This document shows positions 1 to 12,761 of a DNA stretch of 64,000 nt, one piece after another; positions within the stretch are counted from its first letter, which is position 1; every line of letters starts with the position of its first letter. The stretch spans positions 496,001 to 560,000 of the forward strand of contig NW_025964386.1 of assembly GCF_023055435.1 (NCBI RefSeq), in the 5' to 3' direction. This DNA comes from Haliotis rufescens. Lineage: Eukaryota. The translations under genes were made by a program, and so were the position numbers. Below the pieces are notes generated by a model, which saw only the letters and a list, made by a program, of their open reading frames with translations, made no database searches and was not told the origin of the DNA.

Positions 1-3000
1 TGGGACATTTGTGTATCTCCCCAAGTCAATTGCAAGGTTAAACTTGCTACATCTGAAACGAGTCATACATATTCTCAGATATACTGGTATGGGGAGTGTA
101 AGATATTTTTCTACATTCAACAGGGATTTAAAATGTTTATAATAAAAGGTATCAGATATACTATTGATAGAACTACATCATGATTGTTGAAGGTTATCAA
201 ATAATCTTTGCTTAAAAAGATGAATAAATACCTTCACATTGCCAACATCTTGTGTTAACCATACATATCCAAAACCTAATTTAAACAAAATATTCTTAAT
301 GTGAGTAGCCCATGTGGTGCGACCAGAATGGTCCAGTGATTTGAGCATTAAATAACATTGGCGAGGCAGTCTGCGCTCGTCCAAACGCAGTAGCCTGCAC
401 CAATACTTGATGGCCCTTGTGGTATACACAAGTTGGAGAGGGGCTCTTCCGCACTCTCCTAAAACCATTGCATTGTTTGTTGTTTAACCTGTCTTTAGAA
501 ACCATTTACACATTTTGTTCTGTACATCTTCAATAATTTTACAATATGAGATGCCCCATATTTCTGCGCCGTAACAGACAATAGGGACAATCATAGCATC
601 AAATATCTTAAATAAATCTTGACAGGGTATATTACCAACTTTCTTTTGATATCTATATAATGTCATAATGGCCTTGTCACTCTGTGCAGCAAGAGTATTT
701 AGTGCCTTAGTCCAAACAAGTTTGGGCGTGAACACAATACCCAAATATCTATAAAACGACACGGTTTCAATATATACACTATTAAATTTCCATTTTTCAT
801 AATGTCTAAGGGGTCCGCCATTTCTGAATACCATAACTTTGGTTTTCTTCAAGTTTACCTTCATGCCTGTGGTATTGCAAAAATGTTCCAAGGCATTGAT
901 CTTCTTTTGTAAATTTAAAGGTGTATCAGCAATAGATGACACGTCATCAGCAAACATAAGTGCATATATTGCTGGGCAGTCTTTAGTAATAAAGACAGTT
1001 TGTCCTCCATAATTTTCCATAAAATTTACAAGTTTATTTATGAATATTAAAAACATCTGAGGGCTGAGGATGCATCCTTGACGGGTACCTATATTACACT
1101 TAAAGTATTTGGATAACCCAGTAGGTGTTCTAACACAGGCACACAGTTTATTGTACATTGATGTAATAATAGACAAAAACTTTCCGCAGACACCAATATC
1201 AGCCAAACTCTGTAACAACATATTGTGATCAACATTATCAAAAGCTTTTGAGAAATCTACAAATAAGCAGTAGAACCTTCCTTTCTTTTTACATGCATAC
1301 TTTTGGATAATGGCCTGTAGTGAAAATATATGATCTGTCGTGGAATAGTTGGGTCTAAATCCAGCTTGAGATTCGTCAATGATATTGTTATCATCACACC
1401 ACCTCTGTAGTCTAGCATTAAGAATAGATGTAAATACTTTGCATATGGTATCAATGAGTGATATACCTCTATAATTGTTGGCATCATTCATATCACCAGA
1501 CTTGAACAGAGGACAGATGATACTTTTCCCCCACACACCTGGAAAGTTACCACTCTCAAAGATTTTGTTAAATGTAATAACTAAAATTGGTGTAATTTTT
1601 TTCTCTGAAGACTTTAAAAATTCAGCAGCAATACCATCAGGCCCAGGGGATTTATTATTCCCAAGCTGTTTTATTTGACTTGATATTTCTTGTGCTAGAA
1701 TAGGAATGTTAATTGTTAGATCATTATTGTCAGGGATATGGTACATACTGCTATCAAGTGCAAGATCCTGCCTAAAAAGAAGAGACATAAAATGGTTAGT
1801 CCATTGCTCAGTATTAATTGATTGAGTGACTGCATTAAATGGTTAAATATCCTTGAGCAGTTTCCAGAACAACTTTGGGTTGTCTCTTGCAGCTATCAGT
1901 TTTTCTCTCTGTACTTCAAGAAATGAGTTTTTCTTTCTACTAAAAGCATTTTTAAACATTGATCTTAAGTGTCGAAAAAGTGAAAAATCTTCCCCATGAT
2001 CTCTGTGAGCTCTCAGGGCTTTGTATTTGTCATGTTTAATTAATTCAAGTTCATCATCCCACCAGGGAGGCTGCTGATTTCTCCTGAAGTTAGAATTTAA
2101 ACCATATACTTTTTTGGTGTGTTCTGCAGCTTCTTGATAATAACTGACTAAACAAGATACTGCTGTATTACAATTATTATTAGCTAGTTGTAAGATATAA
2201 TCATAATGCTCTACTAATATACCCTCAAGCTTGTGCAAGAAGGTTTCTTTAGCACCTTCATTCCACACATATTTCTCCCAACTGCCTCCACCCTCCTTTT
2301 CCAGATTACAGTTGGAGTTACTCCTTGTATTACCTGGGGCTGGGGGTTGACTATATTTACCAGATGAGGTACCCTGGATATTGAGAGAGCAATATAAGGG
2401 GAAGTGATTGGAGTGATCCTGTGTACCAACCCCAAAGTTAGAGAAATATGGAAAGAGAGAAGAGGAGGCAATCATGTAATCCACAGCACTTGATCCATTA
2501 TGAGTAAAACATGTGAATTCACCATTTGTATCATTAAACAATCTCCCATTCAATGTGTGAATACCAAAGGTCCTACACAATTCAACAAGTCTTTTGCCAA
2601 AATTATTATGTGTCACTGAGTCTCTGTTTTTTCTTGGCATATCAAATGTATCAGAGGGATAATCATCAACATCTCTCTGAATAAAGTCAATATTGTCATC
2701 AGGGATATAGTCAAGGAAGTCCTTTGTCCTTGCATTAAGATCACCAGCAAGAAATATATGCTTGTGTGGGTGTTCCCCAACAATAATGTTCAAGTAGTTT
2801 CAAGATGAGTAAATCCATCACTATCTATATTCTCATTAACTGGTGAATTTTCGGGTTAGATATAAGTAAATATCAAAACACAGTCAGAGTCCCATGATAT
2901 ACTTGATGTTTTGAATAAAAGTACAACAGTATTTTCAAAATTATGATAAAGCCTACATAACAGTCCACTATCTAGCCAATGAGAGCGTATCAAAACAGTG

Positions 3001-3230
3001 ATACCACCACTATATCGCCCGAACGTGTGTGTCTTGGGACGGACACAGTTTAGCGCACGAAAACCGGACAAGAAGTCCGAGAATTCATCGGACCGTCTCA
3101 CAAATGACTCACAAAACGCGATCAAGTCAAAATGTTCACAAAGACTTTTTACCTGAGATGTCGAGTTTTCATATTTTCGCAGTCCTTCTATATTCCACGA
3201 GAGAATATCAAATGTTGGGCCGTGGCCGTC
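1..3230 (-). pseudogene. LINE ORF2 (APE endonuclease + reverse transcriptase), frameshifted
   Basis: ORF pieces 2856-3125, 1843-2793 (GDLNAR, SAVDY, DHSNHFP), 484-1788 (QAGFR, FVDFSKAFD, GTRQGCILSP, FADD, YLG), 178-468. Confidence 0.92.
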
Positions 3231-3233
3231 ACA

Positions 3234-4258
3234 TCACTTACCAAAATTGTCAACATTGGGAGTTAACTCCCCTGAAGGAGGTGTGTCTCGGTTTGTGTTG
3301 CTTCCGGGTCCAAACAAATCACTCCATGAACGATCGCGAAAAGAGGGCCTTGCATCACGATGCGTACCCCCACCTGTAGACACCTTCTTCACACAATTGT
3401 CTTGTCGGTCGTACATATAAACCTGCCCTTCCACAATAAGCTTGTTAACACGTATCTTAGGTCGTTTCCCGCTGTCTCTGGCTTCTTGAAAGTAGGTAGA
3501 CAGTGCGCGTCTATCCTCTCGTATTTTCTGTGGGAAATCCTCTGTTACACGTGATCGGTGATTTCTATCTTGTTGTTCCCGTCCTCTCTTGAAAATATCA
3601 CTCTTGTCTTTTGTCAGTAGGAATTTAGCTATGATAGGAGAATCACTTTTGCCAGGGTTGAGGCGGTGAGCACGAATAATAACAATATCATTTGCCTTCT
3701 CCATGTGTAACTCGTCGCGCAGAAACTCTCTCACGTTTGACTCGGACTGATCCCATGTTTCGCCCCTCTCTCCAGATATTCCATGGAATATTAAGTTGTT
3801 TCGCCGCTCACGACACTCTTGATCCTCGAGTTTTTCTTCCAAACTAGACAGAGAAAGTCTCAGTTGTGTATTTTCATGTTGAAGCTAGGCTAGCTGCTCG
3901 TGGAAATCAGACGCCATTTTTGTGACCTTGTCATCGAGTCTCTCAAATTTATTGTTTATGTCCGTGGTGTTAAATTTAATGTCCTTTAAAATCGCCATCA
4001 AGTCGCTGTTTTCATTTTCCGTTGCCGATATCTGTAACGATCCTGTTTCAGACACGGACAAAGTTGACTTATTTCGGGTATTGTGTGCCATCTGACACAA
4101 CCATCTGCTACAAGTAGCAAACTCAGACAGATCAAAACCCGTAGGCACATCGAGAAACACTTTTTGCTAATTTTGATAGCTTTCATGCTTCTTCTCGCTT
4201 TGTTTGGTTGTACAAACAGTCCCATTTTAGCTCTATATTGGGAAAGAGAGATCCCCAT
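3234..4258 (-). pseudogene. LINE ORF1 (coiled coil + RRM, L1/Tnp_22-like) with N-terminal leader in another frame
   Basis: 4091-3234 is one frame with a single TAG at 3887-3885; RRNNLIFHGI, IIRAHRL, PIIAKF, VTEDFP motifs; leader MGISLSQYRAKMGLF starts at 4258. Confidence 0.85.
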
Positions 4259-4314
4259 GGTGGGAGCTAAGAAAAACACGTCCACCCTGTTCAAACTCAC
4301 GCATGCGTATATGT

Positions 4315-4872
4315 ATCTGTGTATATGTAACACCAATTTGGCCAATTTTCGTGTATGTACGCTAGTGTGGTGGTTTAAGCGATGTTAGGATCAGTCTGTT
4401 TATTTAGTGTATTGGCTAGTGTTGTGTCTATCTTAGGTATTTTAAGTTTTGGGGGAAAGATATTTGGATTGTTTACTGTTTTGTTTGAGATTATTTATTT
4501 TGTTTTCATTTAGGTAATTGATTATTCTTTTGGATATTGGAGTAAGTAGTGGGTGTTTCCGGGCTAGGGCTTGGTTTTTGGCGCTGATATTGTTGTTTAT
4601 TATGTTTTGGATTAGAGGGTTTGATTGGGACGCGACCCAGAAGTTCCCTACGTAGCTTTAGTGGCATTTCTCCTGTTAAGGCCTGGAGTGATGTGCTGGA
4701 GGTGCCATGTTGAGCTCGTGTGATTAGTTTTAGAGCCTGATACTGGATTGAGTCTAGTTTTTTAATGAGAGAGTTGTTTAGGGTGTTGTAAATGGCACAG
4801 TCGTAGTCTAGTTAAGATCTAATTAGTGATATATAGAATGAGAGGAGTGTATCCTTGGAGGCCCCCCAGTTG
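4315..4872 (-). mobile_element. Fragment of I-group LINE family B (RT thumb to RNase H start)
   Basis: Clearly homologous to 13618-14180, 15065-15630 and especially 19270-19690. Confidence 0.85.
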
Positions 4873-5066
4873 TCTTAAAAAAACTCCTCCTTTCTTTAAT
4901 CTGCTCCCGGTACATCACAAATCTTATTCAAACATACCTTTAAACAAGTTGTGGGATTTGTGTAAGAATATACCAAATGTTCTCAATCACTAATACTTCC
5001 TTCTCTTGTTTATGGCGTAACATATAAATATATTTGAACATGTGCTTCAACCTTATCCAATGAACC

Positions 5067-6431
5067 AAGGCCGGACTTACGAAAGTTGAGTATGTATTGT
5101 CCCAGAAAGGTGCCCCTAAAGTTCTCCTAGACGGCTACACATATGCTAAGAACAGGACGAAGAATGAAAACTGGAGGTGTGTGAACAGATCTTGCAGTGG
5201 CAAGTGCACCACAGTCAGAGACTACGTTCGCGGCACGTCAGAACACAACCATCCACCTAGTGATGACCGAGCAGTGAGATTTGTCAACGCCATAAGGAAG
5301 AGGGCCAGGTAAGAGACAACACCTATCCAGCAAATCTACAACGACCTCATCAGCCAACAGGAGGACGACTTGGTGCTGCATCTGCCGTCCTTCCCGAGTG
5401 TGAGTAGTGCCATGTATCGCCACAGACGACAGAACATCCCTCCATTGCCGAGGTCAAGAGCTGAGGTGGACCTTCCAGATCAGTGGACAGCGACACAAGA
5501 TGGAAGAAGATTCATGTTGTTTGCTGACGGAGAGGACGACAAGATACTGGCGTTCTGCTCCGACGAGGCTCTTGAAGCACTGCAGTCCGCAGATAAAATC
5601 TTCATGGATGGAACATTCTCTACCTGCCCTCCTCTGTGGAACCAAGTATATATTATTCACGCGATGTCAGGTTCCACCATGTACCCTCTGGTCTACACAC
5701 TCCTTCCAGATCGCCAGAGAGCTACATACACCAGACTCTTCAACCTCCTCAAGACCAAGGTTCAGCAGACCCTCGGCCGACCCCTAGCCCCATCTGTCAG
5801 CCAAACAGACTTCGAACTTGCTGCCATTCAAGCTGCCGACTCTGTATTTCCTCAGACTGATGTAAAAGGCTGTCTATTCCATTTCTGTCAGGCAATATGG
5901 CGCAAAACACAAGAACTAGGACTTGCAGTTGCATACAAAGAAGATGTGGAGGTTCGCAAGTGGATACGACGAGCTGCAGGTCTGCCATTGCTGCCCCTTC
6001 TCGAGGTCCAAGATGCCTGGCTTGAAGCCATGAACCAGTGCCCTGACGTGCGCCAATCTGATGCCATGAACGACTACATCACTACGACATGGGTGGATGA
6101 CGATGCCCGGTTCCCACCACGACTGTGGAATCAGCATGCGACACAAGGGCCCCGTACAAACAACAACCTAGAAGGTTTCCACTCCAGAATCGGCAAGTCC
6201 CTCCAGCACAAGCATCCAAACATCTTCAGATTCATCGAACTGATCCAGGGGGTAGAAATTTCGGAGAGAGCGAAACTAGCGCAGATGCAATTTGGAGCAG
6301 CACCGCCACCCAGGAAGGTTGTCTATAGCGTCCGTATATGTACGTTAAGTTTGAAATTAATCCAAATTACACCTGGACTCAGCTTGCTCAATTGCCCCTT
6401 GTGTAATTGCAATCAAGTAGTTGTTGCGTAA
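5067..6431 (+). pseudogene. Mutator-like (MULE) transposase with N-terminal FLYWCH zinc finger; one nonsense codon, C-terminus truncated
   Basis: LLDGYTY..WRC..C..HNH (5097-5312), TAA at 5310, same frame continues: MDGTF, YPLVYTLLP, TDFE, GCLFHFCQ, RTNNNLEGFH. Confidence 0.9.
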
Positions 6432-6685
6432 TCAATCAACCATTTGTCCTTAATAAGCTGTCCCGAGCTTTTAGTGGTAGTTAATAGCCTACCGTTTCAT
6501 TGATAAATTATGCATTTGTTGAGGCTCATCAACAAAACCAAAATATTGTCTTTTGAACTTCCGTTAACATGTGAGTCCTTAAATACTTCCGGTACACTTT
6601 TGTAAGCCATGATAGTGTAGTTTCCCTCACAAATACGAAATCAAGTCATAACATATCGTCAAAATTGCTATGAAAAAAACTATTG

Positions 6686-6910
6686 TCACAGTACATCGTA
6701 TTTAAAGAAAACAAGGTGCCCTTTTCACTCTACATTCTCAACATAGTCTCTATAAGAAGTGTTTGGCTTGTTTTGGGTCCGACTTGGCCCGGGCTGTCAA
6801 AATCAACTTTTAACAGATAGATGTATCATCAATGTACAAGGAAAAGGGCTTCACTTTGAGCACCTAGTTTTCTTTACATACCGCGATCTGAGACACTATA
6901 AAGTGGTATA
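6686..6910. repeat. Repeat X (~200-bp unit containing GGGTCCGACTTGGCCC): one + unit followed by an inverted partial unit
   Basis: Homologous to 12190-12761 and 17082-17357; lies just 3' of the MULE ORF. Confidence 0.8.
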
Positions 6911-7691
6911 AAGGTAGATATTATATTATTTTCTCTTGGAACATCTATAAGATGTACAGCTACATGTATTTATCAAAAGAAAGAATCTACGTTTTTACTT
7001 CATTAAATAAACATTCACTCATTGAACATCTCCAACAGTTTTGTCCATGTTGAGATCCACTGAAATGGTTAGTTCACTTAGTTCACGATATTTGTGATTA
7101 AATACGATTTTATTGGATACATTTACCTTGGCTATTTTTAAAAATTCAACAATAGCTTGCGTGTGGTTTGTTTGGAAGCATAAAATCAACTATTGTTTGT
7201 AAAACCATTTGTGTGTGTTAATATATATGTTTTTTTAAAGGAAGAGTTGTTTGTATAGATAATTATTTTTTGGGTTCACAAACCCCTATCATGTAATTAT
7301 ATTTTCCTGAATAACATGTTGTTTGCATGTAAATTAAATGTTCCTGTTCACCTATGTAGAAAGACAATAAGCGGAATAAAACTGAGTAACAGACTGTGTA
7401 TTATAGATCCATAGAAATACGATTGCATAGACGATCAATTCAGAATACAACCTGTGTAATGTGTGGCTAATTGAAATGTATCTCGAAGACTAATTCAAAT
7501 GTATTTCGCAGGTAATAATCAATAAACATTGTGACAGAAAAACATGTGACGGATTGAGTTGAATTTTAGTTTTGCGAAAAAGGTCCGTGGCTTCTGTTGA
7601 TGAAACTTATTTTGACAATGTTGCAAATGATCACTTTCTTTGACTTCATTACGGATTCCTCAACCTGTATCGAGGAAAATTGTTTACATAG

Positions 7692-7818
7692 AGGATTAAC
7701 CACTGTGTTCGGTTGTTACCGAAAAATCTACACACGAGTGATTAATCTGTCACGAATAGAACGAGGCTTTGCGAGTGTGTAGATTATTTGGTAACAACCG
7801 AACACAGTGGTTAATCCT
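7692..7818. repeat. Long palindrome (44-bp arms, 2 mismatches), core of a non-autonomous palindromic element
   Basis: 7692-7735 is the reverse complement of 7775-7818; spacer contains ACGAGGCTTTGCGAG. Confidence 0.85.
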
Positions 7819-9895
7819 TTTTCTCCCATAACAATACGCCATAAAAAGTCGAGCTCGAAGTTGATGATTTCCCGTGTTTAGTAACCACTCGGGATTCCCC
7901 CCAGCCTCGTTTTCGAATATGCTCAGTAAGACAACTGCACCAAAAACAGGTAAAAAGGATCTAGCGAAGACAACCCACACGAGTTTTCCCGTGACAGGCC
8001 AGCCACTTGATAGCATTCATGTTATGTTTTTTGTTAACCATTAAAAGCTGATGGGAGTAACGTTTTGAGAATTAGTAATGTGATTTGATATTTGTTAATG
8101 GTTTTGGATTACTCGGCCCATAACTTCATTTGCATTCGCCTCGCCGTGACTATCATTCTCAATGCGCAACACTAAATAGGCCCTCCTTTTTAGTCTATGT
8201 AAATACGTTATTCCTTTATTTGTCCGCTAGAAACAAATGTTGTAAAGCAAATTAAGAGGAAATTTAATATTGTCTTAAATATTGTGAAATATTGTTAACG
8301 AAAAACAAGGGCCCAAGGAACTGTCCGCAGGATTGATCAGGCAAGATTCTAGTAATACCAACTCAGGCAACTGATCAGCTGATTACTGCGAGAGAAATCT
8401 TCTCAAATCCATCATTGGATTTTAATACTTTTGAACGAATTTTCCTCCTTAAAACTAATTTTACAGTGAATAATTTAACATGTAAAATGATGATTATTTC
8501 ATGTCATCTTTTTTTTGTTTTGTTCCTGAACATAGTGAGCACATGTGTTTTTTATTATATAAAATAACTTATTCAGTGGACAATTTGTCTTTTGAACATA
8601 ATATTTAACATCATGACACCAAAAATGTTACTAAATGAGTTATCTAATTTCCCCATATTTGTGAATGACAAGAAACAATGCGAATTTGACAAGTACAATA
8701 CTTTATTGTGTGTGAAACATAAATACATAGGATATATGTAAACAATTAATTATCATTTCAATAGTTCTACAAATATTTGGATTTTAATACCCTTGTAATG
8801 TTACATTGTTATTTTACTGAAACAGTTACCTCCAAACTTTATTCTTTTGTTATTTTATCAGGTTAGAAATTAAGACTTACTGATAATAGGTAATTTAAAA
8901 TTTACATTTTCTTCTTTTCATCGTCATGAAAACAAGACTCATAATAAATATGTATTTTAGTGACCTGTTCATATATGATTTTTGGGGGGAAAAAGTATTA
9001 AAATTAATATTAGACATTGCTAATGTAAAGAAATGAGGTTTATGGTAAAATGTTATAAGAGGACCTCTTGTTGGTCATTTCTTCATCACCCATAAATTTG
9101 AGTTTTTCTTTACTTACCACGTTATGAAAATGTACACATTAGAATAATTTAAGGTCTCTGATTAAAATAGCGACACCGCTTTCCACTCCCAGGCAGCCAA
9201 TTAGATTATGTGAAAAACATAAACCATTGTAAACCTTGTAATGGGAGAATAATAAATAAAAATACATTTCTTATTTTGTCATATGTCCAGTTTATTATCC
9301 CAAGAAATGCTTTATCATTAATATTAAGCTAGCTCTGCTTATTGGGGCTCTTTATCTGCTATGATAAGATAATAATTGCATTATTATAGAAGTGCTTTTT
9401 CTCAGTATACATGGTAAATAATAAATCTTTGGTTTAAAGAATATATTTGAGACAAACATAATTCTACATGTCTTAATACTCTGTGTTGTCTGTTAATTCT
9501 GAAAATAATGAACTGTGATATTGAGTTTCTACCTCAAACTAATAATATGAAATTAATTTTAAGATGCATAAATGTACATCATTGTTGAAAAAAATAAATA
9601 TTGTTTTTGAAAAAATACCTTATAAGGTTGATTCGTGCCCACCATCTTTATCTTCATCATTTTGTCTGCTCCCTATAAGAACCAAAATAGTTAAGAAAAA
9701 ATATAAATACATATATTACTTTGTTGTGTTTACATAGATTTAGGTATGACTTAATACATTCAAGTTTAAACGTGGTAATGTTGTTTTTTCATAACGAGTT
9801 TAATTGTCCTTAGATAGTATGTTTAAATAATTGGAAGTCTTTATGTTTAAAAAACACCAAATAATTATAGGCCAAAATAATTAATTATATTGCTT

Positions 9896-9993
9896 ATTAT
9901 AACAATGAAGATGAAAAAAGTCGCAAAAAAATCATAGACGAGGCCAAAGGCCGAGATTTCTTTTGCGACTTTTATTATATTTATTGTTATAAT
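9896..9993. repeat. Imperfect palindrome centred on ACGAGGCCAAAGGCCGAG
   Basis: AAAAGTCGCAAAA / TTTTGCGACTTTT and ATTATAACAAT / ATTGTTATAAT arms. Confidence 0.7.
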
Positions 9994-10302
9994 TAGTTAG
10001 ATCATTTCCTGCATTAAAATTGAGTATCGCTTTATATCCAAATCATTTCAGTGTTTATTTTCTTAAAATATTAAATTTAAGTCTCGATTATTTTAATATA
10101 ACTATGAAATATGTTTTGGTTGCATCGGCTCTAGATCAACACTTCGTTATAACGTGGCATTTCTTATGTGGTTGATAGTTTGTTTGTTTTTTAAATACCA
10201 AAATCAATATGGTTTGTTTCACTATTTCATTGGTATTTTTACATGAATGTTAGCTTTGTTATTAGCCCAGTAAAGAATTTAAAATAAGGGTTAAATTTAT
10301 AT

Positions 10303-10570
10303 GGTTGTTTGTTTGGTTTTTTTTGGCAATATGCCAGCTATATGACGGAGGTCATGCAAATAATCAAGTCTGGACCTGGCTATCCAGTGATTGACATCAC
10401 GAGCATCAATCCACACAATTGGGATAAGATGACATGCATCCAATCAACCAAGTCAGCGAGCCTGACAACCAACCCGATCCCGTTAGTCGCCTCTAATGAC
10501 GACCATAGTCACCTTTTAATGCAAGCATTGGTTGCTGAAGATCTGTTCTAACCGTGATCTTCACAGGTCC
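10303..10570 (-). mobile_element. SINE family A (structured non-tRNA head, LINE-type tail, (CAAA)n end)
   Basis: Colinear homology to 55733-56002. Confidence 0.85.
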
Positions 10571-12065
10571 AAATCTATATGTGTTTTTATGGTGAGGCGG
10601 TCGTGATCGGAGAATAGGTTCGAGAGTTCGGTACACACATTCGTGGTAAATATCTCTCATGTTGTGACTGTTCGGAATTTTGTCATGTTTTGAAGAAATG
10701 TCATCACTGTCATGCTTTTGATGGTACACAAAACGTAAGCTTTACCTCGAACATGCTAGTTCCCGTCACAAAATATATGCTTTACTGCTTTTTACTTTTT
10801 ACTGATTTTTGTATTAATAATTAATATATAACCTCACAACGTTTCTCAAGGTTACAGACTCCAAGCATTCATTAAAGTGCATTTAAGCACCTAAAATCGA
10901 CAACTATCACCATGATCGCACGAACCCGAGATTTGAATGACTGACAAATACGTACTTTCTTGTGTTCTCATACATAAAACAGCAGTGAAAACATGATCTA
11001 ACATGGCTTACTGTGGAATGGGTCTTGGACTGTAAACTGTCCATATTATTCCAAATTGTATGTATGCACATGTACATGTCTTTATTTGGTTTTGTGTCTC
11101 TACCCGCTAACATATGTCGCAAGATACACCTTCCAGGATAGTGGACGATGTGGACACTGACGTAAATTTCTACAACATGTCCAAACATTCCCAAACAGAC
11201 AGAATCATATGTTTTCTAAAAGTCAATCCAGCACATCGTTGTCGTCGTTGTTGTCGTTGTCATTGTCGTTTTTGTCGTCTACGTCATCATTATCTTTCAA
11301 GGATAGTGGACGGTATGGACACTGGAATATTTCGAATATTTGGAAATGTGTGCATTTTGATTAATACAAACACTATTTTAAGCGTCAGGAAACGGTATTT
11401 TTCTTGTCATGAATTGCGAGTATAACAACTTGGGAAGCTAGCTTGACATTTCGTTAGTACTCATACTGTCTTTGCCTTGTTTCTCCTGAATCTCATTAGT
11501 TTCAAAAGAAACAGATAAATCGGTCAATGATTTCATTGGATTTATCAAAAAGGACCACATCAGGTTTGTTCGCTTGGATACGTCTGACTCTGTATGTGGT
11601 CGTATTCCAAAGAATTTTATATGTAATTATCATTTCCCACGACGCTCTCTACATATTCTGGGTCGTACCATTGATGGTCTCGGAGTCAAAACCACACAAA
11701 AGGCGATTACGGTAACAAGAGGATTGAACCATGACAAAGATACTGTGTTTGTGTCAAGCTAGACATCCACTTTGTCACAAAATCACACATTGACGTTTTC
11801 GAGTGGCAAGTGACTGGTTCTGGGTCGATTTGATATGGCACTTCGCTTGGTTGACATTCATTTCTGTACCGTCCAGCACCATCAACAAAATAAACATTAA
11901 CATTGATATTCAGCGCTACATCATTGGGTCGTTTAGGAAAATCCATCGAATGACTTGTTTTCAGTTTTGACATGCTTCACAAGAGGATCTTCAGATAAAT
12001 ACATATGTGCAATAGTGCACGATAAAATTCAATCATGAAAGGCCTCCTTGTTAATCACACCATGG

Positions 12066-12105
12066 TCCCCGACCTCGTCATACCAAAAGACGTTAAAATA
12101 TGGTG

Positions 12106-12150
<45 letters not shown>
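12066..12150 (+). repeat. Meta-domain-like SINE fragment followed by (CAT)n microsatellite
   Basis: CGTCATACCAAAAGACGTTAAAATATGGT resembles 59409-59440; CAT repeats 12106-12150. Confidence 0.6.
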
Positions 12151-12151
<1 letters not shown>

Positions 12152-12189
12152 ACAACTATCATCATTATCATTATAATGTTTATGTTCGC

Positions 12190-12761
12190 GTCACAGTGCA
12201 TCGTATTCAAAGAAAATAAGATGCTTAAAGTGAAGCCCTTTTCCCTCTACATTCTCAACATAGTCTCTATGAGAAGTGTTTGGTTTGTGTTGGGTCCGAC
12301 TTGGCCCGGGCTTTCAAAATCAACTTTAAACACACAGATGTATCTTCAAGTGTAATAACATCAAGAGATCAGAGTTATATACACCTATATATCACTTTAT
12401 AATGCCATAGTGTATCGCATTTAAAGAAAACTGAACCGTTAAAGTCAAACTCTTTTACTGTATTTTCTTAAGAAAATCTCTGTCAAAAGTGTTGGGTCCG
12501 ACTTGGGCCGAGCTTTCAAAATCAACTTAAACCTCACAGATGTAACATGAAATGTATTCACATCTATAGATTAGTATTGTATCTACCTATAAACCACTTT
12601 ATGGTGTCTCAAATCGCTGTATTTAAAGATAACAAGGTGCTCAAAGTGAAGTCCTTTCCCCTCTACATTCTCAACATCGTCTCTATCAGAAGTGTTTGGC
12701 TTGTGTTGGGTCCGACTTGGCCCGAGCTGTCAAATTCAACTTTAACACACACAGATGTATC
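12190..12761 (+). repeat. Repeat X, three tandem ~200-bp units
   Basis: GGGTCCGACTTGG at ~12292, ~12494 and ~12708 with shared flanks. Confidence 0.85.

Larger units (their letters stand above)
1..4312 (-). mobile_element. RTEX-like (APE+RT) non-LTR retrotransposon, 5'-complete, 3' end runs off the window
   Basis: 5'UTR with GGACGTGTTTT motif then ccaccATGg at 4258; ORF1 and ORF2 remnants below; motifs YGAEIWG, GECGRAPL, KYWCRLL, GFGYVW recalled as typical of RTEX-type ORF2 (clade assignment is inference). Confidence 0.85.

Noticed and set aside
4080-4130. Intact 2A peptide in RTEX ORF1
   Set aside because: No D(V/I)ExNPGP in any frame.
11131-11325. 30-bp direct repeat around a GTC/GTT microsatellite
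   Set aside because: Too short and isolated to interpret.
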